NCBI GenBank assembly: GCA_947259115.1
Contig: CAMYKS010000004.1
Coordinates: 66,810 to 130,809, forward strand
DNA length: 64,000 nt
DNA from: an uncultured Desulfobulbaceae bacterium
GTDB taxonomy: Bacteria > Desulfobacterota > Desulfobulbia > Desulfobulbales > BM004
Direction: 5' to 3'
The notes under the pieces were generated by a model. It worked only from the letters and a program-made list of their open reading frames with translations, searched no databases and was not told the DNA's origin. A program made the position numbers and the translations under genes. This document shows, in pieces, positions 25,395 through 35,971 of this stretch (its first letter is position 1; the number at the start of each line of letters is the position of its first letter).

Positions 25395-26207
25395 ATGAAT
25401 CAAGGTAGCAATAAAAAGGAAAAAACATGGCCTGAACATGCCCCGGCCATGGTCATAAAGGACCTGACCAAGACCTTCGGCAGTTTCACGGCAGTTGACA
25501 GTATAAACCTTGACGTCAACAGGGGGGAGATTTTCGGGTTCCTGGGCCCGAACGGGGCTGGTAAAACAACCACAATCAAGATGATAGCCGGTCTTTTAAA
25601 ACCTGATAGCGGGCAGATATCAATAAACAATCGCAGCCTGGCAAGCGAACCCCAAAAATGCAAGCAGGATACGGGATACATCCCTGACCGCCCCTATTTA
25701 TTTGAAAAACTTACCGGCTTTGAATTCCTCCAGTTTATTGCGAGTCTGTATAATCTCGCCCCTGATACTTTTAATAAATACACAGCCCACTACCTCAACC
25801 TTTTCGATCTCCTGGACTGGCAGCATCATCTTATAGAAAGCTATTCCCATGGCATGCGGCAGAAGCTTATTATATCCAGCGTCTTTATGCTCGAGTCCCC
25901 CCTCATCGTTGTTGATGAGCCCATGGTCGGCCTTGACCCGAAAAGTGCCCGTATTGTGAAGGAATTATTTAAAAATCATGCTGCCAGGGGTACTTCCATT
26001 TTCCTTTCAACCCATTCCCTGGAAATCGCCGAAGAACTCTGTGACCGCATAGGCATCATCCTGAACGGCAGTCTGCGGGCAATGGGCAACCTGAAAGACC
26101 TGGAGCTTGAGGCCCGGTTGCAACACTCGGATCTTGAGGAAATATTCCTGGAACTGACCGGCGCCTATGAATTGCAGGAGATAATAGCGGCCCTGAGGAC
26201 CGGCTGA
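25395..26207 (+). CDS. ABC transporter ATP-binding protein
   Basis: Walker A GPNGAGKTT, Walker B LIVVDEP, H-loop STH, Q-loop present. Confidence 0.93.
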   Translation: MNQGSNKKEKTWPEHAPAMVIKDLTKTFGSFTAVDSINLDVNRGEIFGFLGPNGAGKTTTIKMIAGLLKPDSGQISINNRSLASEPQKCKQDTGYIPDRPYLFEKLTGFEFLQFIASLYNLAPDTFNKYTAHYLNLFDLLDWQHHLIESYSHGMRQKLIISSVFMLESPLIVVDEPMVGLDPKSARIVKELFKNHAARGTSIFLSTHSLEIAEELCDRIGIILNGSLRAMGNLKDLELEARLQHSDLEEIFLELTGAYELQEIIAALRTG

Positions 26208-26253
26208 AATTATCCGTCGTGTTGTCGCGGCTGTTATATTTGAGATAGAGCAA

Positions 26254-27927
26254 ATGAATTCTTCTAAACGAATGACACTTCTTGAGCCGTTTTTCTATTC
26301 TGCCAAAAACAGATTCTTCCCGAAAGGCAGGCTACCGCTGCGCACCATGGGAGTGCTGGCCTTCAGCCTCACGGTCTGCCTCGTGCTCTATAAAATCGGG
26401 GTGCGGGTAGTTACCTATTTTCACAGCCAGAATGAACTCGGCATAATTCTCAGTTTGAAAATTTTCCAGATGGCCTGGATAACCATGTTTGCCATGCTCA
26501 TTTTCTCTTGCATGGTTTCTGCGGTATCAACCCTGTTCCTCTCCCAGGACAATGAAATAATCTTTGCAGCGCCGGTTGCTAAATCCGATATTTTCTTCAT
26601 GCGCTATGTTACAACATCGATATATACCTCATGGATGATGATTGTTTTTTCAATCCCCATTTTTGCAGCATATGGAACAGTTTTCCAGGCCGGCATTCTC
26701 TATTGGCCCCTCATGCTGGGAACAATTATCGCCACTGCAGCCATAGCCACAACCTTCGGCATGGGCTTTACAGTCGTTCTCGTCAATCTTTTTCCAGCCA
26801 AACGCACCAAGGATGTTATTCTCTACCTTTCAATATGTTTCGGCATCTTTATTTATCTTATTTTCCGGCTCATGCGACCGGAAGACCTGGTTAATCCCGA
26901 TAAATACGGTTATTTTGTCGACTATCTTTCCTCTCTTGCCACCCCTGCCGCCCCCTATATACCGGCCGCCTGGGCATCAAACCTGCTTTCCTACTATCTC
27001 CTGGACCGTGAAATTGATATTCTGGTAGCTGCACTGCTCATTATCACTCCCATTACACTTTTCATCCTCGGCGAATGGGCCATGGAGCGCTGGTTTCTCC
27101 CCGGCTTCACAAAATCCCAGGAATCCTTTGGCGGCTACCGGAGATTTTTCAGCCGCGGTAAATACCGGCAAAGTGCCCTGCGATGGATATTCCGCAAAGA
27201 GGCGAAGCTTTTTTTACGGGATTCCGCCGAATGGTCGCAGCTTTTCATGATTGGTGCCCTGGTTGTTGTCTACCTCTATAACTTCAAAGTGCTTCCTGTG
27301 GAGCGTTCTTTGTTTGAAGAAGAGTATGTGACCAACCTTATTTCTTTTCTCAATATCGGTTTAACAGGATTTGTCATTGCCTCTCTGGCAGCCCGTTTCG
27401 TCTACCCTTCCATTGGTGCGGAAGGGGGCTCCTTTTATATTATCATGTCATCCCCCCTTTCAACCGGCAGGTATATGCTGCACAAATATCTCTTTTATGT
27501 TGTCCCTTTTACCGGACTCGCTTTAATCCTGTTGGTTGTGTCCAATCACCTCCTCAATATCGAGGGGCCCATGTGGTGGATCTCGATCATTACCGGCTTA
27601 CTTATTACCTGGACTGTTCTCGCCATGGCCCTGGGCTTCGGGGCAATCTACGCGGACTTCAAGGCAGAGAACAGGGCTGCAGCCCTGGGAGGAATCGGTG
27701 CCATCCTCTTTCTTTTCAGTGCCATTGCCTTTGAAATGGCAATTATTTTCCTGGGAGGGGCACCTGTTTTCAGGGTTATGAAAAGTTGGTTGCGAAGCGG
27801 AACAATGCCTCCAAACGACCTGCTGACGCTTATCGGCTGGATTATTGCCTCAATAATCATCTCCCTCTTCCTGGCCCTTTTTTTTATCAGAACAGGCATA
27901 AAGAAGCTGGAAGCATCAAGTACATAA
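26254..27927 (+). CDS. Polytopic membrane protein, putative ABC exporter permease partner
   Basis: 557 aa with more than 10 hydrophobic segments, directly downstream of the ATPase. The family was not recognised more precisely. Confidence 0.65.
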   Translation: MNSSKRMTLLEPFFYSAKNRFFPKGRLPLRTMGVLAFSLTVCLVLYKIGVRVVTYFHSQNELGIILSLKIFQMAWITMFAMLIFSCMVSAVSTLFLSQDNEIIFAAPVAKSDIFFMRYVTTSIYTSWMMIVFSIPIFAAYGTVFQAGILYWPLMLGTIIATAAIATTFGMGFTVVLVNLFPAKRTKDVILYLSICFGIFIYLIFRLMRPEDLVNPDKYGYFVDYLSSLATPAAPYIPAAWASNLLSYYLLDREIDILVAALLIITPITLFILGEWAMERWFLPGFTKSQESFGGYRRFFSRGKYRQSALRWIFRKEAKLFLRDSAEWSQLFMIGALVVVYLYNFKVLPVERSLFEEEYVTNLISFLNIGLTGFVIASLAARFVYPSIGAEGGSFYIIMSSPLSTGRYMLHKYLFYVVPFTGLALILLVVSNHLLNIEGPMWWISIITGLLITWTVLAMALGFGAIYADFKAENRAAALGGIGAILFLFSAIAFEMAIIFLGGAPVFRVMKSWLRSGTMPPNDLLTLIGWIIASIIISLFLALFFIRTGIKKLEASST

Positions 27928-28049
27928 AGCTAAGCACTCTTTCACTTCTCACTCTATTGCTTCCTGAGGATAATTTATCTCTCAGTCAGCAATCCTAAGA
28001 ATTGTCAGGCAAAAGATTGTTTTGTTAAAAAAATCATGAATATTTTGAG

Positions 28050-28183
28050 CTAGGAGCCTGTCGGGGAATTATAATCGTAACGAAAAATTGAGGAATTGAG
28101 ATCAAATTTTCGGGAAATTGATGCGAATAGCAGCGCTATTTAAAGAATTGCAGTAGATTGGGAATTCTCCGACAGGCTCCTAG
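28050..28183. repeat. Long-range inverted repeat (21 bp arms, ~91 bp spacer)
   Basis: CTAGGAGCCTGTCGGGGAATT (28050-28070) pairs with GGAATTCTCCGACAGGCTCCTAG (28161-28183), 1 mismatch. It abuts the stop codon of the Cys-rich gene. Confidence 0.75.
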
Positions 28184-28185
28184 GA

Positions 28186-28368
28186 TCATGAAACAAAGCC
28201 CGTACCCTGACAGACTGGACAGGTTTCCTCCTTTGAGCACTGGCAGTCATCCCATTCATCACCTTTCTGGGTGCCGCGCCACTCCATGTTGCATACACAG
28301 GTTCCGTCGATCTTCTTATCACCGTTGCACTCGGGACAGACCTTCTTGGTTTCATCGGCCATGATCAT
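28186..28368 (-). CDS. Small Cys-rich (zinc-ribbon-like) protein, 60 aa
   Basis: SD GGAGG directly upstream. MIMADETKKVCPECNGDKK...CVC...CQC...CPVCQGTG has two CxxC knuckles plus CxC pairs. Confidence 0.65.
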   Translation of the reverse strand: MIMADETKKVCPECNGDKKIDGTCVCNMEWRGTQKGDEWDDCQCSKEETCPVCQGTGFVS

Positions 28369-28804
28369 ACCTCCATTACAGTTTAGGGAGAGTATACAAT
28401 AACTTTTTTATGCTTATACAATATACACTAAGAACCATTGCATCAAGGGAACTATTCGGAAATAAAATATTGTAAAATCACCGGCCTGTCTACACCTTTC
28501 AAATAATATGACCTGACAATCACACATTCTGAAAGTACAGGTTAGCTATGAATATCGAGTTTCAAAAAACAACGATACGTTTAAGATAGCCAGTTTAAAG
28601 GGCATAAGAACCTGTTGGGATTAAAACCATTGATGGTAAGCAGTCTCAACTTTGATATTTAAGAAAATATATGGAAGTGTTAAGTTGCCGGTAACACGAG
28701 TTTTACATGGCAACTCAAAGAGTAAAAGTCATACGTTTGCCCCGTACCGATTAAGTTAATTTCAGTTTGTCCTACTATGTTCAACCTTGTGAATACTGGG
28801 CAAC

Positions 28805-29371
28805 ATGGAGAGAACTACAAAGAACATGCGAAAGAACCAGCCAAAATCGTTTTGTGATGAAAAACAAAAGGTGAAGCATAAAAAATCATGTTTACCTGTG
28901 ATTGGCTGGCGTGAATGGATCGAACTTCCAGACCTTGGTATCAAGAGGATTAAGGTTAAAGTCGACACCGGAGCCCGGTCGTCATCGCTACATGCTTTTA
29001 ACCAGCATGTATTTGAGCAGGATGGGGTGCAGTGGGTCCGGTTTCAAGTTCATCCTGTTCAGCGAAAAAGTGTCGAAACCGTTGATGTTCTGGCAAAAAT
29101 TGTCGAATTTAGATCTGTACGCAGTTCAAGTGGAAGAAACTCAATGCGGCCAGTCATTATAACCAATATAACGTTGCTCGGTTTCACCTGGCCCGTTGAA
29201 TTAACCCTTGCAAGACGTGACGAAATGGGGTTTCGAATGCTGCTGGGCCGCGAGGCATTCAGGGGGCGCTTTCTCGTCAATGCCGGCAAGTCATTTTATA
29301 ATGGTAAGCCGAGTCGAAAAAGAAATATTCCAAAAAAAAAATCTATGGGTAACAAAAGGAGAAAGCAATGA
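28805..29371 (+). CDS. RimB-like retropepsin-type aspartic peptidase (family formerly named 'ATP-dependent zinc protease', PF05618-like)
   Basis: IGWREWIELPDLGIKRIKVKVDTGARSSSLHA with a D-T-G motif. Its stop overlaps the rimK start (ATGA). Confidence 0.75.
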   Translation: MERTTKNMRKNQPKSFCDEKQKVKHKKSCLPVIGWREWIELPDLGIKRIKVKVDTGARSSSLHAFNQHVFEQDGVQWVRFQVHPVQRKSVETVDVLAKIVEFRSVRSSSGRNSMRPVIITNITLLGFTWPVELTLARRDEMGFRMLLGREAFRGRFLVNAGKSFYNGKPSRKRNIPKKKSMGNKRRKQ

Positions 29372-30618
29372 AGCTTGCAATTCTTTCATGCAGTCCAAAA
29401 TGCTACAGCACCCGCCGGCTTCGTGAAGCTGCCGAACAACGCGGCCACAAGGTTAAGGTTCTCAATACGCTCAAATTTGCCATTGACCTTGAAGAAGGTC
29501 TGCCAAATCTATACTTTCTCCAGAAAGAACTCTCCCATTATGATGCTGTACTGCCAAGGATCGGAGCGTCGATTACCTATTTCGGTACAGCGGTTGTGCG
29601 GCAATTTGAACAGATGGATGTGTTTTGCGCAAACACGTCCGCAGGCATCTCAAATTCACGAGACAAACTTCGCTCTCTGCAAATTCTTAGTCGACATCAA
29701 ATTGGTATCCCAGAAACAACTTTTGTCCGCGACAAGAAAGATGTTATGCCGGCAATAGCCAGAGTTGGTGGAGCGCCGGTAATTATCAAACTGATTGAAG
29801 GAACTCAAGGTATCGGCGTTCTCTTGGCTGAAACCGAAAAATCGGCCGAAGCTATTATCGAGTTATTACAGAGCCAGAAACAAAACGTTTTGATCCAGAA
29901 GTTTGTTGCTGAAAGCAAAGGACGGGATATCAGGGCTTTTGTGGTCGGGGACCAGGTGGTTGCTGCCATGCGCCGTGTTGCCCAAGGGCAGGAGTTCCGG
30001 AGCAATGTACACCGGGGTGGTATTGCCGAACCCGTCACACTTGATAAAGAGTATAAAGAAACCGCCGTTCGATCTGCGCAGATAATGGGCCTTCGAATCG
30101 CCGGCGTTGATATGCTTGAGAGCAAAACCGGACCACAAATTATGGAAGTAAATTCCTCTCCTGGCCTGGAAGGAATAGAAGGATGCACCCAGCTCGACAT
30201 CGCCGGCACGATAATCGATCATATCGCAGCCCAAATAAATTTTCCTGAAATCGACTTGCGTCAACGATTGACTGTGAGTCGAGGGTATGGAGTTGCAGAG
30301 TTACACATTCCTGATGGCTCTGAATACATCGACAAAACAATCCAGGAATCTGGTTTGCGTGAAAAAGATATCATAGTCCTGACGCTTAATCGCGGTGCTA
30401 CAGTTATACCAAACCCCCGGCCACAGAGACAACTTGAAATTGGTGACCGGCTGCTTTGCTTCGGCAAACTAGAGTTGATGCGTAATCTGGTACCTGCAAA
30501 AACTCGCCAGAGGAGACGCCCGCAGGTACATAAACTACCCGAATTGCCTGTGGCAGAAGAAGTTCGTACTGGGAGTAACATACATGATGGTTATTCGACA
30601 CAACCGGAAGAAGGATAA
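29368..30618 (+). CDS. rimK: RimK-family ATP-grasp alpha-L-glutamate ligase fused to a C-terminal RCK_C (TrkA-C) domain
   Basis: MKLAILS...STRRLREAAEQRGH...VIIKLIEGTQGIGV...GRDIRAFVVG...EVNSSPGLEGIE, then AELHIPDGSEYIDKTIQESGLREKDIIVLTLNRGATVIPNP...IGDRLLCFG. Confidence 0.85.
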   Translation: MKLAILSCSPKCYSTRRLREAAEQRGHKVKVLNTLKFAIDLEEGLPNLYFLQKELSHYDAVLPRIGASITYFGTAVVRQFEQMDVFCANTSAGISNSRDKLRSLQILSRHQIGIPETTFVRDKKDVMPAIARVGGAPVIIKLIEGTQGIGVLLAETEKSAEAIIELLQSQKQNVLIQKFVAESKGRDIRAFVVGDQVVAAMRRVAQGQEFRSNVHRGGIAEPVTLDKEYKETAVRSAQIMGLRIAGVDMLESKTGPQIMEVNSSPGLEGIEGCTQLDIAGTIIDHIAAQINFPEIDLRQRLTVSRGYGVAELHIPDGSEYIDKTIQESGLREKDIIVLTLNRGATVIPNPRPQRQLEIGDRLLCFGKLELMRNLVPAKTRQRRRPQVHKLPELPVAEEVRTGSNIHDGYSTQPEEG

Positions 30619-30621
30619 TCC

Positions 30622-31710
30622 ATGGCTATCCGCCGCGAACGAAAATCTATAAACGAATGGTTCGGAGAAGAGATTCCAGCCGGTGAGTCGCGTGACGTTA
30701 ACCTCCCCATAAGTGAGAGTTACAGCGGCATGACAGTAAAGGTTCAAGTACACATCCGCCGTGCACTGGAGGATGGCCCGGTTGTATTTGTCACGGCCGC
30801 ATTACATGGTGATGAACTAAACGGCACCGGAACTGTTCGCCATTTAATTCAAGACAATCATTTCAACTTGACCAGGGGGGCAGTCATTTTTGTTCCTGTT
30901 CTTAATTTACTCGGTTTCGATCGTCACTCCCGATACTTGCCTGATCGTCGTGATTTAAACCGTTCGTTCCCCGGATCAGCAACAGGAAGTTTTGCCAGCC
31001 GCATGGCCAGTATTATTTTTAATGAGATTGTTCCGCGTTGCGACTACGGAATAGATCTCCACACTGCCGCTATCCGGAGGACAAACTATCCAAACGTCCG
31101 TGCCGATTTGACCAACCCGCAAGTCCGCTGGCTCGCAGAATCGTTTGGTTCGGAGATCACCATTGACAGTAAAGGGCCCCAGGGTTCATTTCGCCGTGAA
31201 GCCTGCAGTGCCGGTTGCCCGACGATCATTATGGAAGGCGGGGAGGTATGGAAAGTCGAACCAAGTATTGTTGAAACCTCAATACGCGGCGTTAAAAATG
31301 TTTTTCGCAAACTCAAGATGCTCGACGGCAAGGCTGTAAATCCAGCATATCAAGTAGTCATCAAACAATCAAAGTGGATTCGGGCTGAGCGTGGAGGTTT
31401 TTTGCACTTCCATGTCAAGCCGGGTGATATTATCGAAATAGGCCAGCCACTTGTGACGAGTTCGACGATTCTCGGTCGAGAACATAACACATTCAATGCT
31501 CCGTTTAACGCAGTTGTTATCGGCATGACCAGCCTGCCAGCTATAAGCCCTGGTGAACCGATATGCAATCTCGGCAAACTCCCAAAAAAATATAAACCAT
31601 CTGCACTACGGCAACTACGTATTGATGAAGATGGCCTTGAGCATCGGGTCTCGCAAGAGCTGGCCTCAAACGTTCACGTTGTTGAACCGCCGGGGGGATC
31701 AAATAATTAA
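30622..31710 (+). CDS. Succinylglutamate desuccinylase/aspartoacylase (AstE/AspA, M14-like) family deacylase
   Basis: VFVTAALHGDELNGTG zinc-site motif, LNRSFPG, DLHTA. Confidence 0.8.
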   Translation: MAIRRERKSINEWFGEEIPAGESRDVNLPISESYSGMTVKVQVHIRRALEDGPVVFVTAALHGDELNGTGTVRHLIQDNHFNLTRGAVIFVPVLNLLGFDRHSRYLPDRRDLNRSFPGSATGSFASRMASIIFNEIVPRCDYGIDLHTAAIRRTNYPNVRADLTNPQVRWLAESFGSEITIDSKGPQGSFRREACSAGCPTIIMEGGEVWKVEPSIVETSIRGVKNVFRKLKMLDGKAVNPAYQVVIKQSKWIRAERGGFLHFHVKPGDIIEIGQPLVTSSTILGREHNTFNAPFNAVVIGMTSLPAISPGEPICNLGKLPKKYKPSALRQLRIDEDGLEHRVSQELASNVHVVEPPGGSNN

Positions 31711-32019
31711 GAATAGATTATTAAATGTGAATGATGACTCTTATAGTTAAATAATTGCAACAAATATACATTTTGAGTTTTCTCCCACAAACTGGTGATA
31801 CCATTTTAGATACTGCACTTTCTCAGGCAACACTGAGTTGAGATGTTTGCAACTTATTTTGCATTTCCTCCCTTCTCAAACATTGAATATAGCATTCAGT
31901 ATTTTTTAATAGCCGAGTTACGTATAGCGGGAACCTGAAGCACAGAGAAAGAGCTGGCAGCATTAATCAAAACCTTACTTTCATTTATGTCAGATTGAGT
32001 CTGGGGCACCACAGATTAA

Positions 32020-33204
32020 TCAACTGCGGTAATCAGCATTTATTTTGATGTACTCTATGGAGAGATCACTGGTATAGATTTCACCGGCGGTTTGCCCTGC
32101 TTTAAGATCTACAGTGACTGTGAATGCTTTATGCTTGAGAACTTCTGTTGCCTGTGCTTCTGCTGCCGCTCCAAGTGCCAGGCCATCCTGCACCAGGAGC
32201 ACGTCATCAAAAAAAATATCAACGCTGTGCTGCTCAAATGTTGCGCCGGAGCGCCCCAAAGCAGCTATTATCCGTCCCCAGTTAGCATCTTCACCAAAAA
32301 AGGCGGTTTTGACCAGGGCAGAGTTAGCTATGGTGCGGGCAGCCTGCACCGCATCCCCTTCACTGGCGGCATTAATGACCTTTATTGTGACTAACTTGGT
32401 GGCTCCCTCCCCGTCTGCAACGATCTGCAGGGCCAGGTCCTTTAATAAGTCTGTCAGGGCAGCGCTAAATACGTTGCTTTCTTCTGTATCAAATGCAGTG
32501 ATTTCCGGGTTGCCCGACGTACAGTTCGCCAGGACCAGGACCGTGTCATTCGTACTGGTGTCACCATCAACGGTGATACGGTTAAATGACAGCTTTACCG
32601 CCCCTGCCAGGTGCTGCTGCAGAATGTCCGCATTAATATTTGCATCGGTCATGACAAAGCAGAGCATGGTTGCCATATCAGGCATGATCATGCCGGCTCC
32701 CTTGGCCATACCGAAAAGCTTTACTTTGCTGCCGGCTATTGAGCAGGTACGCGCCGCTGTTTTGGGCACCGTATCCGTGGTCATGATGGCACGGGCTACC
32801 TCGTCGTAGCCGCTTGACGATAAACCGGCAACCAGTTCATCCATGGCGGCTGCTACTTTTTCTAGCGGCAACTGTTCTCCGATAACACCGGTGGAGGCTA
32901 TCTGCACCAGGTTCCCGTCAATATTCAGGGCTGCGGCAGCCAAATCCGTACAGGTCCGGGCCACCTGCATGCCGATCTTCCCTGTACAGGCATTAGCCAC
33001 ACCGCTGTTCACCAGAAGTGCCTGGGCCCCGCCAAGCTCCAACCGTTCCATATCAAGCAATACCGGGGCTGCCTTTACACGGTTTGTGGTAAAAACACCG
33101 GCAGCAACCGCAGGTTTCTCAGAAAAAATAAGACCAAGATCCAGTCGGTCTTTTTTCCTGATCCCGGCTGCAACAGCTGCATATGTAAAGCCTTTAATGA
33201 TCAC
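32020..33204 (-). CDS. argJ: Bifunctional ornithine acetyltransferase / N-acetylglutamate synthase
   Basis: GFTYAAVAAGIRK, TTDTVPK and the autoprocessing site ATMLCFVMTDA. Confidence 0.95.
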   Translation of the reverse strand: MIIKGFTYAAVAAGIRKKDRLDLGLIFSEKPAVAAGVFTTNRVKAAPVLLDMERLELGGAQALLVNSGVANACTGKIGMQVARTCTDLAAAALNIDGNLVQIASTGVIGEQLPLEKVAAAMDELVAGLSSSGYDEVARAIMTTDTVPKTAARTCSIAGSKVKLFGMAKGAGMIMPDMATMLCFVMTDANINADILQQHLAGAVKLSFNRITVDGDTSTNDTVLVLANCTSGNPEITAFDTEESNVFSAALTDLLKDLALQIVADGEGATKLVTIKVINAASEGDAVQAARTIANSALVKTAFFGEDANWGRIIAALGRSGATFEQHSVDIFFDDVLLVQDGLALGAAAEAQATEVLKHKAFTVTVDLKAGQTAGEIYTSDLSIEYIKINADYRS

Positions 33205-33239
33205 TTATAGCGCCCAAATTCTCTAATAACGAGGATAAA

Positions 33240-35789
33240 TTACTTGAGCCTGCCGCAGCATTTCTTATACTTCTTGCCGCTGCCGCAGGGACAGGGGTCG
33301 TTGCGGCCTATCTTTTCACCTTCCCGCTTCAAGGGCTGCTGCTGGGCCTGTGCAGCTCCCTCACCGCCCCTGCTTAAACGCAACTCTGCCTGCTGCCGCT
33401 TTTTCTTCTCCAGGGCCTCATGGTCAACATCCTCCTCGCTCTTAATCTGAATGCGAAAAAGGGTGGTCAATGCCTTTTGTTTCACAGCTTCGATCATACC
33501 GGCAAACATTTCAAAACCCTCTCGCTTGTATTCATTAAGGGGGTTTTTCTGGCCATAGCCTCGCAGCCCGATACCTTCCTTCAGGTGATCCATATTGAGC
33601 AGATGTTCTTTCCAGTAGGTATCAACCATCTGCAGAAAAATTACCCGTTCAAGATAACGCATACCTTCAAGGCCGATTTTCTCTTCCTGTTCCTCATAAG
33701 CCCGCCGGGCAATGTGCAGCAGCTTATCAACAAACCTGTCATGATCCAGATCCTGCATGTCAGCCTCATCCCATTGGGGCGCAAAACCGATGATTCCCTG
33801 CAGCCGCTCATTTATCCCCTTCCAGTCCCAATCAGAAGACAACACTTTCTGTTCAACGAATTCCGCCGCAACGGACTCCATCTCTTCGGTGATTATCTCT
33901 TCGATGATGGGCTTGATATCCTTGCTGTCAAGAGCTTCACGTCTCTGCTGGTAGATAACCTCCCTCTGCTTGTTCATGACATCATCATATTCAAGCAGAT
34001 GTTTACGGATATCAAAGTTATGACCTTCCACCTTGCGCTGGGCGTTTTCAATGGCCCGGCTGATCATGTTATGCTCTATGGGGTCATCTTCATCCATGCC
34101 CAGCTTGTCCAGAACACCGGAAATTCTATCCGAGCCGAAAATACGCAGCAGGTCATCCTCCAGGGACAGATAAAAGCGGGATGAACCGGGGTCGCCCTGC
34201 CTTCCTGAACGTCCACGGAGTTGGTTGTCAATGCGCCTGGATTCATGGCGGCTGGTGCCCAGAATATGCAAGCCGCCGAGATCGGGAATCCCTTCACCAA
34301 GTTTGATATCCGTGCCCCGGCCCGCCATATTAGTGGCTATGGTAACTCTGCCCTTCTGCCCCGCTTCTGCGATAATTTCAGCTTCTTTCTCGTGGTGTTT
34401 TGCGTTGAGCACAGAATGCTTGACACCTTCTTTTTTGAGCATATTGGATATCTTTTCGGAAACATCGATGGATATTGTACCGACCAGCACAGGCTGTCCT
34501 TTTGTGTGCAGTTCTTTAATCTCACGGATTACAGCCTTGTATTTGGCCGGGATATTCTTGAAGATCGAATCGGGGTAGTCAATACGGATCATGTTTTTAT
34601 GGGTCGGGATTATGACCACATCAAGATCATAAATTTTCTTAAATTCCGCTGCTTCCGTATCTGCCGTACCTGTCATGCCGGCAAGCTTGTCGTACAGGCG
34701 GAAATAATTCTGAAAGGTTATGGAGGCCAGAGTCTGGTTTTCGCGTTCGACCTTGACACCTTCCTTTGCCTCCAGGGCCTGGTGCAGGCCGTCGCTGTAT
34801 CGACGCCCCGGCATGGTGCGGCCGGTGAACTCGTCAACTATGACCACTTCGCCTTCCTTGACCAGGTAATCAACGTCGCTCTGGAACAGGAGATGGGCTT
34901 TCAGGGCCTGGTTCAAATGGTGCAGATATTCGATATTTTTCGGATCATACAGGTTTTCCACCTTAAGTAGTTTCTCACCCAGGGCCACACCTTCCTCTGT
35001 TAAAGATACGGAACGTGATTTTTCATCCAGGTTATAGTGTTCATCCCTTTTGAAACCGGGAATGATCTTATCCACCAGATGGTAAAGCTCTGTTGAAATA
35101 TCGGCGGGGCCGGAAATGATAAGGGGCGTCCTGGCTTCATCGATGAGGATGGAGTCAACCTCATCAACTATGGCAAAATTGAAATCCCGCTGGCAATAAT
35201 CCTTAATGTCGAACTTCATATTGTCGCGCAGGTAATCGAAACCGAATTCATTGTTGGTGCCATAGGCCACATCGGCATTATAGGCCTCCTGGCGCTCCTG
35301 GTCACTCTTTTCATGCAGGATCGTACCGGTGGAAAGCCCCAGAAAACGGTAAATAGTGCCCATCCATTCAGCGTCACGCCGGGCCAGATAGTCATTGACC
35401 GTTACTACGTGAACCCCTTTTCCAGATAGGGCATTAAGATAGACCGCCAGGGTTGAACAGAGCGTCTTGCCCTCACCGGTTTTCATCTCAGCGATCTTGC
35501 CCTGGTGCAGGACGATGCCGCCAATAAGCTGAACATCATAATGCCTTTCGCCTATCACCCTTCTGGCAGCTTCCCTGGTTACGGCAAAGGCTTCCGGCAG
35601 CAGATCATCCAGCGGCTCCCCCTTGGCAACTCTTTCCTTGAAAGCAACTGTCTTTGCCGCCAGGGCCCCGTCATCCAACTTCTGGATATCAGCCTCAAAA
35701 CTGTTTATCCTGCCTACAAGCGGCTGGATCTGTTTCAGAACTCTTTCGTTTTTACTGCCGAATATTTTTGTTAGTGCAGAACCTATCAT
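33240..35789 (-). CDS. secA: Preprotein translocase ATPase SecA
   Basis: [28 protein letters not shown] and the C-terminal zinc finger [14 protein letters not shown]. Confidence 0.98.
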   Translation of the reverse strand: MIGSALTKIFGSKNERVLKQIQPLVGRINSFEADIQKLDDGALAAKTVAFKERVAKGEPLDDLLPEAFAVTREAARRVIGERHYDVQLIGGIVLHQGKIAEMKTGEGKTLCSTLAVYLNALSGKGVHVVTVNDYLARRDAEWMGTIYRFLGLSTGTILHEKSDQERQEAYNADVAYGTNNEFGFDYLRDNMKFDIKDYCQRDFNFAIVDEVDSILIDEARTPLIISGPADISTELYHLVDKIIPGFKRDEHYNLDEKSRSVSLTEEGVALGEKLLKVENLYDPKNIEYLHHLNQALKAHLLFQSDVDYLVKEGEVVIVDEFTGRTMPGRRYSDGLHQALEAKEGVKVERENQTLASITFQNYFRLYDKLAGMTGTADTEAAEFKKIYDLDVVIIPTHKNMIRIDYPDSIFKNIPAKYKAVIREIKELHTKGQPVLVGTISIDVSEKISNMLKKEGVKHSVLNAKHHEKEAEIIAEAGQKGRVTIATNMAGRGTDIKLGEGIPDLGGLHILGTSRHESRRIDNQLRGRSGRQGDPGSSRFYLSLEDDLLRIFGSDRISGVLDKLGMDEDDPIEHNMISRAIENAQRKVEGHNFDIRKHLLEYDDVMNKQREVIYQQRREALDSKDIKPIIEEIITEEMESVAAEFVEQKVLSSDWDWKGINERLQGIIGFAPQWDEADMQDLDHDRFVDKLLHIARRAYEEQEEKIGLEGMRYLERVIFLQMVDTYWKEHLLNMDHLKEGIGLRGYGQKNPLNEYKREGFEMFAGMIEAVKQKALTTLFRIQIKSEEDVDHEALEKKKRQQAELRLSRGGEGAAQAQQQPLKREGEKIGRNDPCPCGSGKKYKKCCGRLK

Positions 35790-35971
35790 TTACTCAGAAC
35801 TCCGTATGTAGTGACCTAATTGCAGTCTTTTGCATTTATTGAGCATTTCCCCTTTAAACACCAAAATACGGAAGAAATGTTGTTATTGAAAAGGCGTGAC
35901 ATCTTGCATATTTGTTTTCCCGGCCTGCAGCCGCTACCATTCCAAGAGATAAACATGGAGCCGCAAAGATG

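Noticed and set aside
32114-34970. Long antisense ORFs inside argJ and secA (32114..32809, 33420..34184, 34221..34970); similarly 39588..40469 opposite alr
   Set aside because: They lie opposite genes with unmistakable conserved products. Their peptides are low-complexity shadow ORFs.
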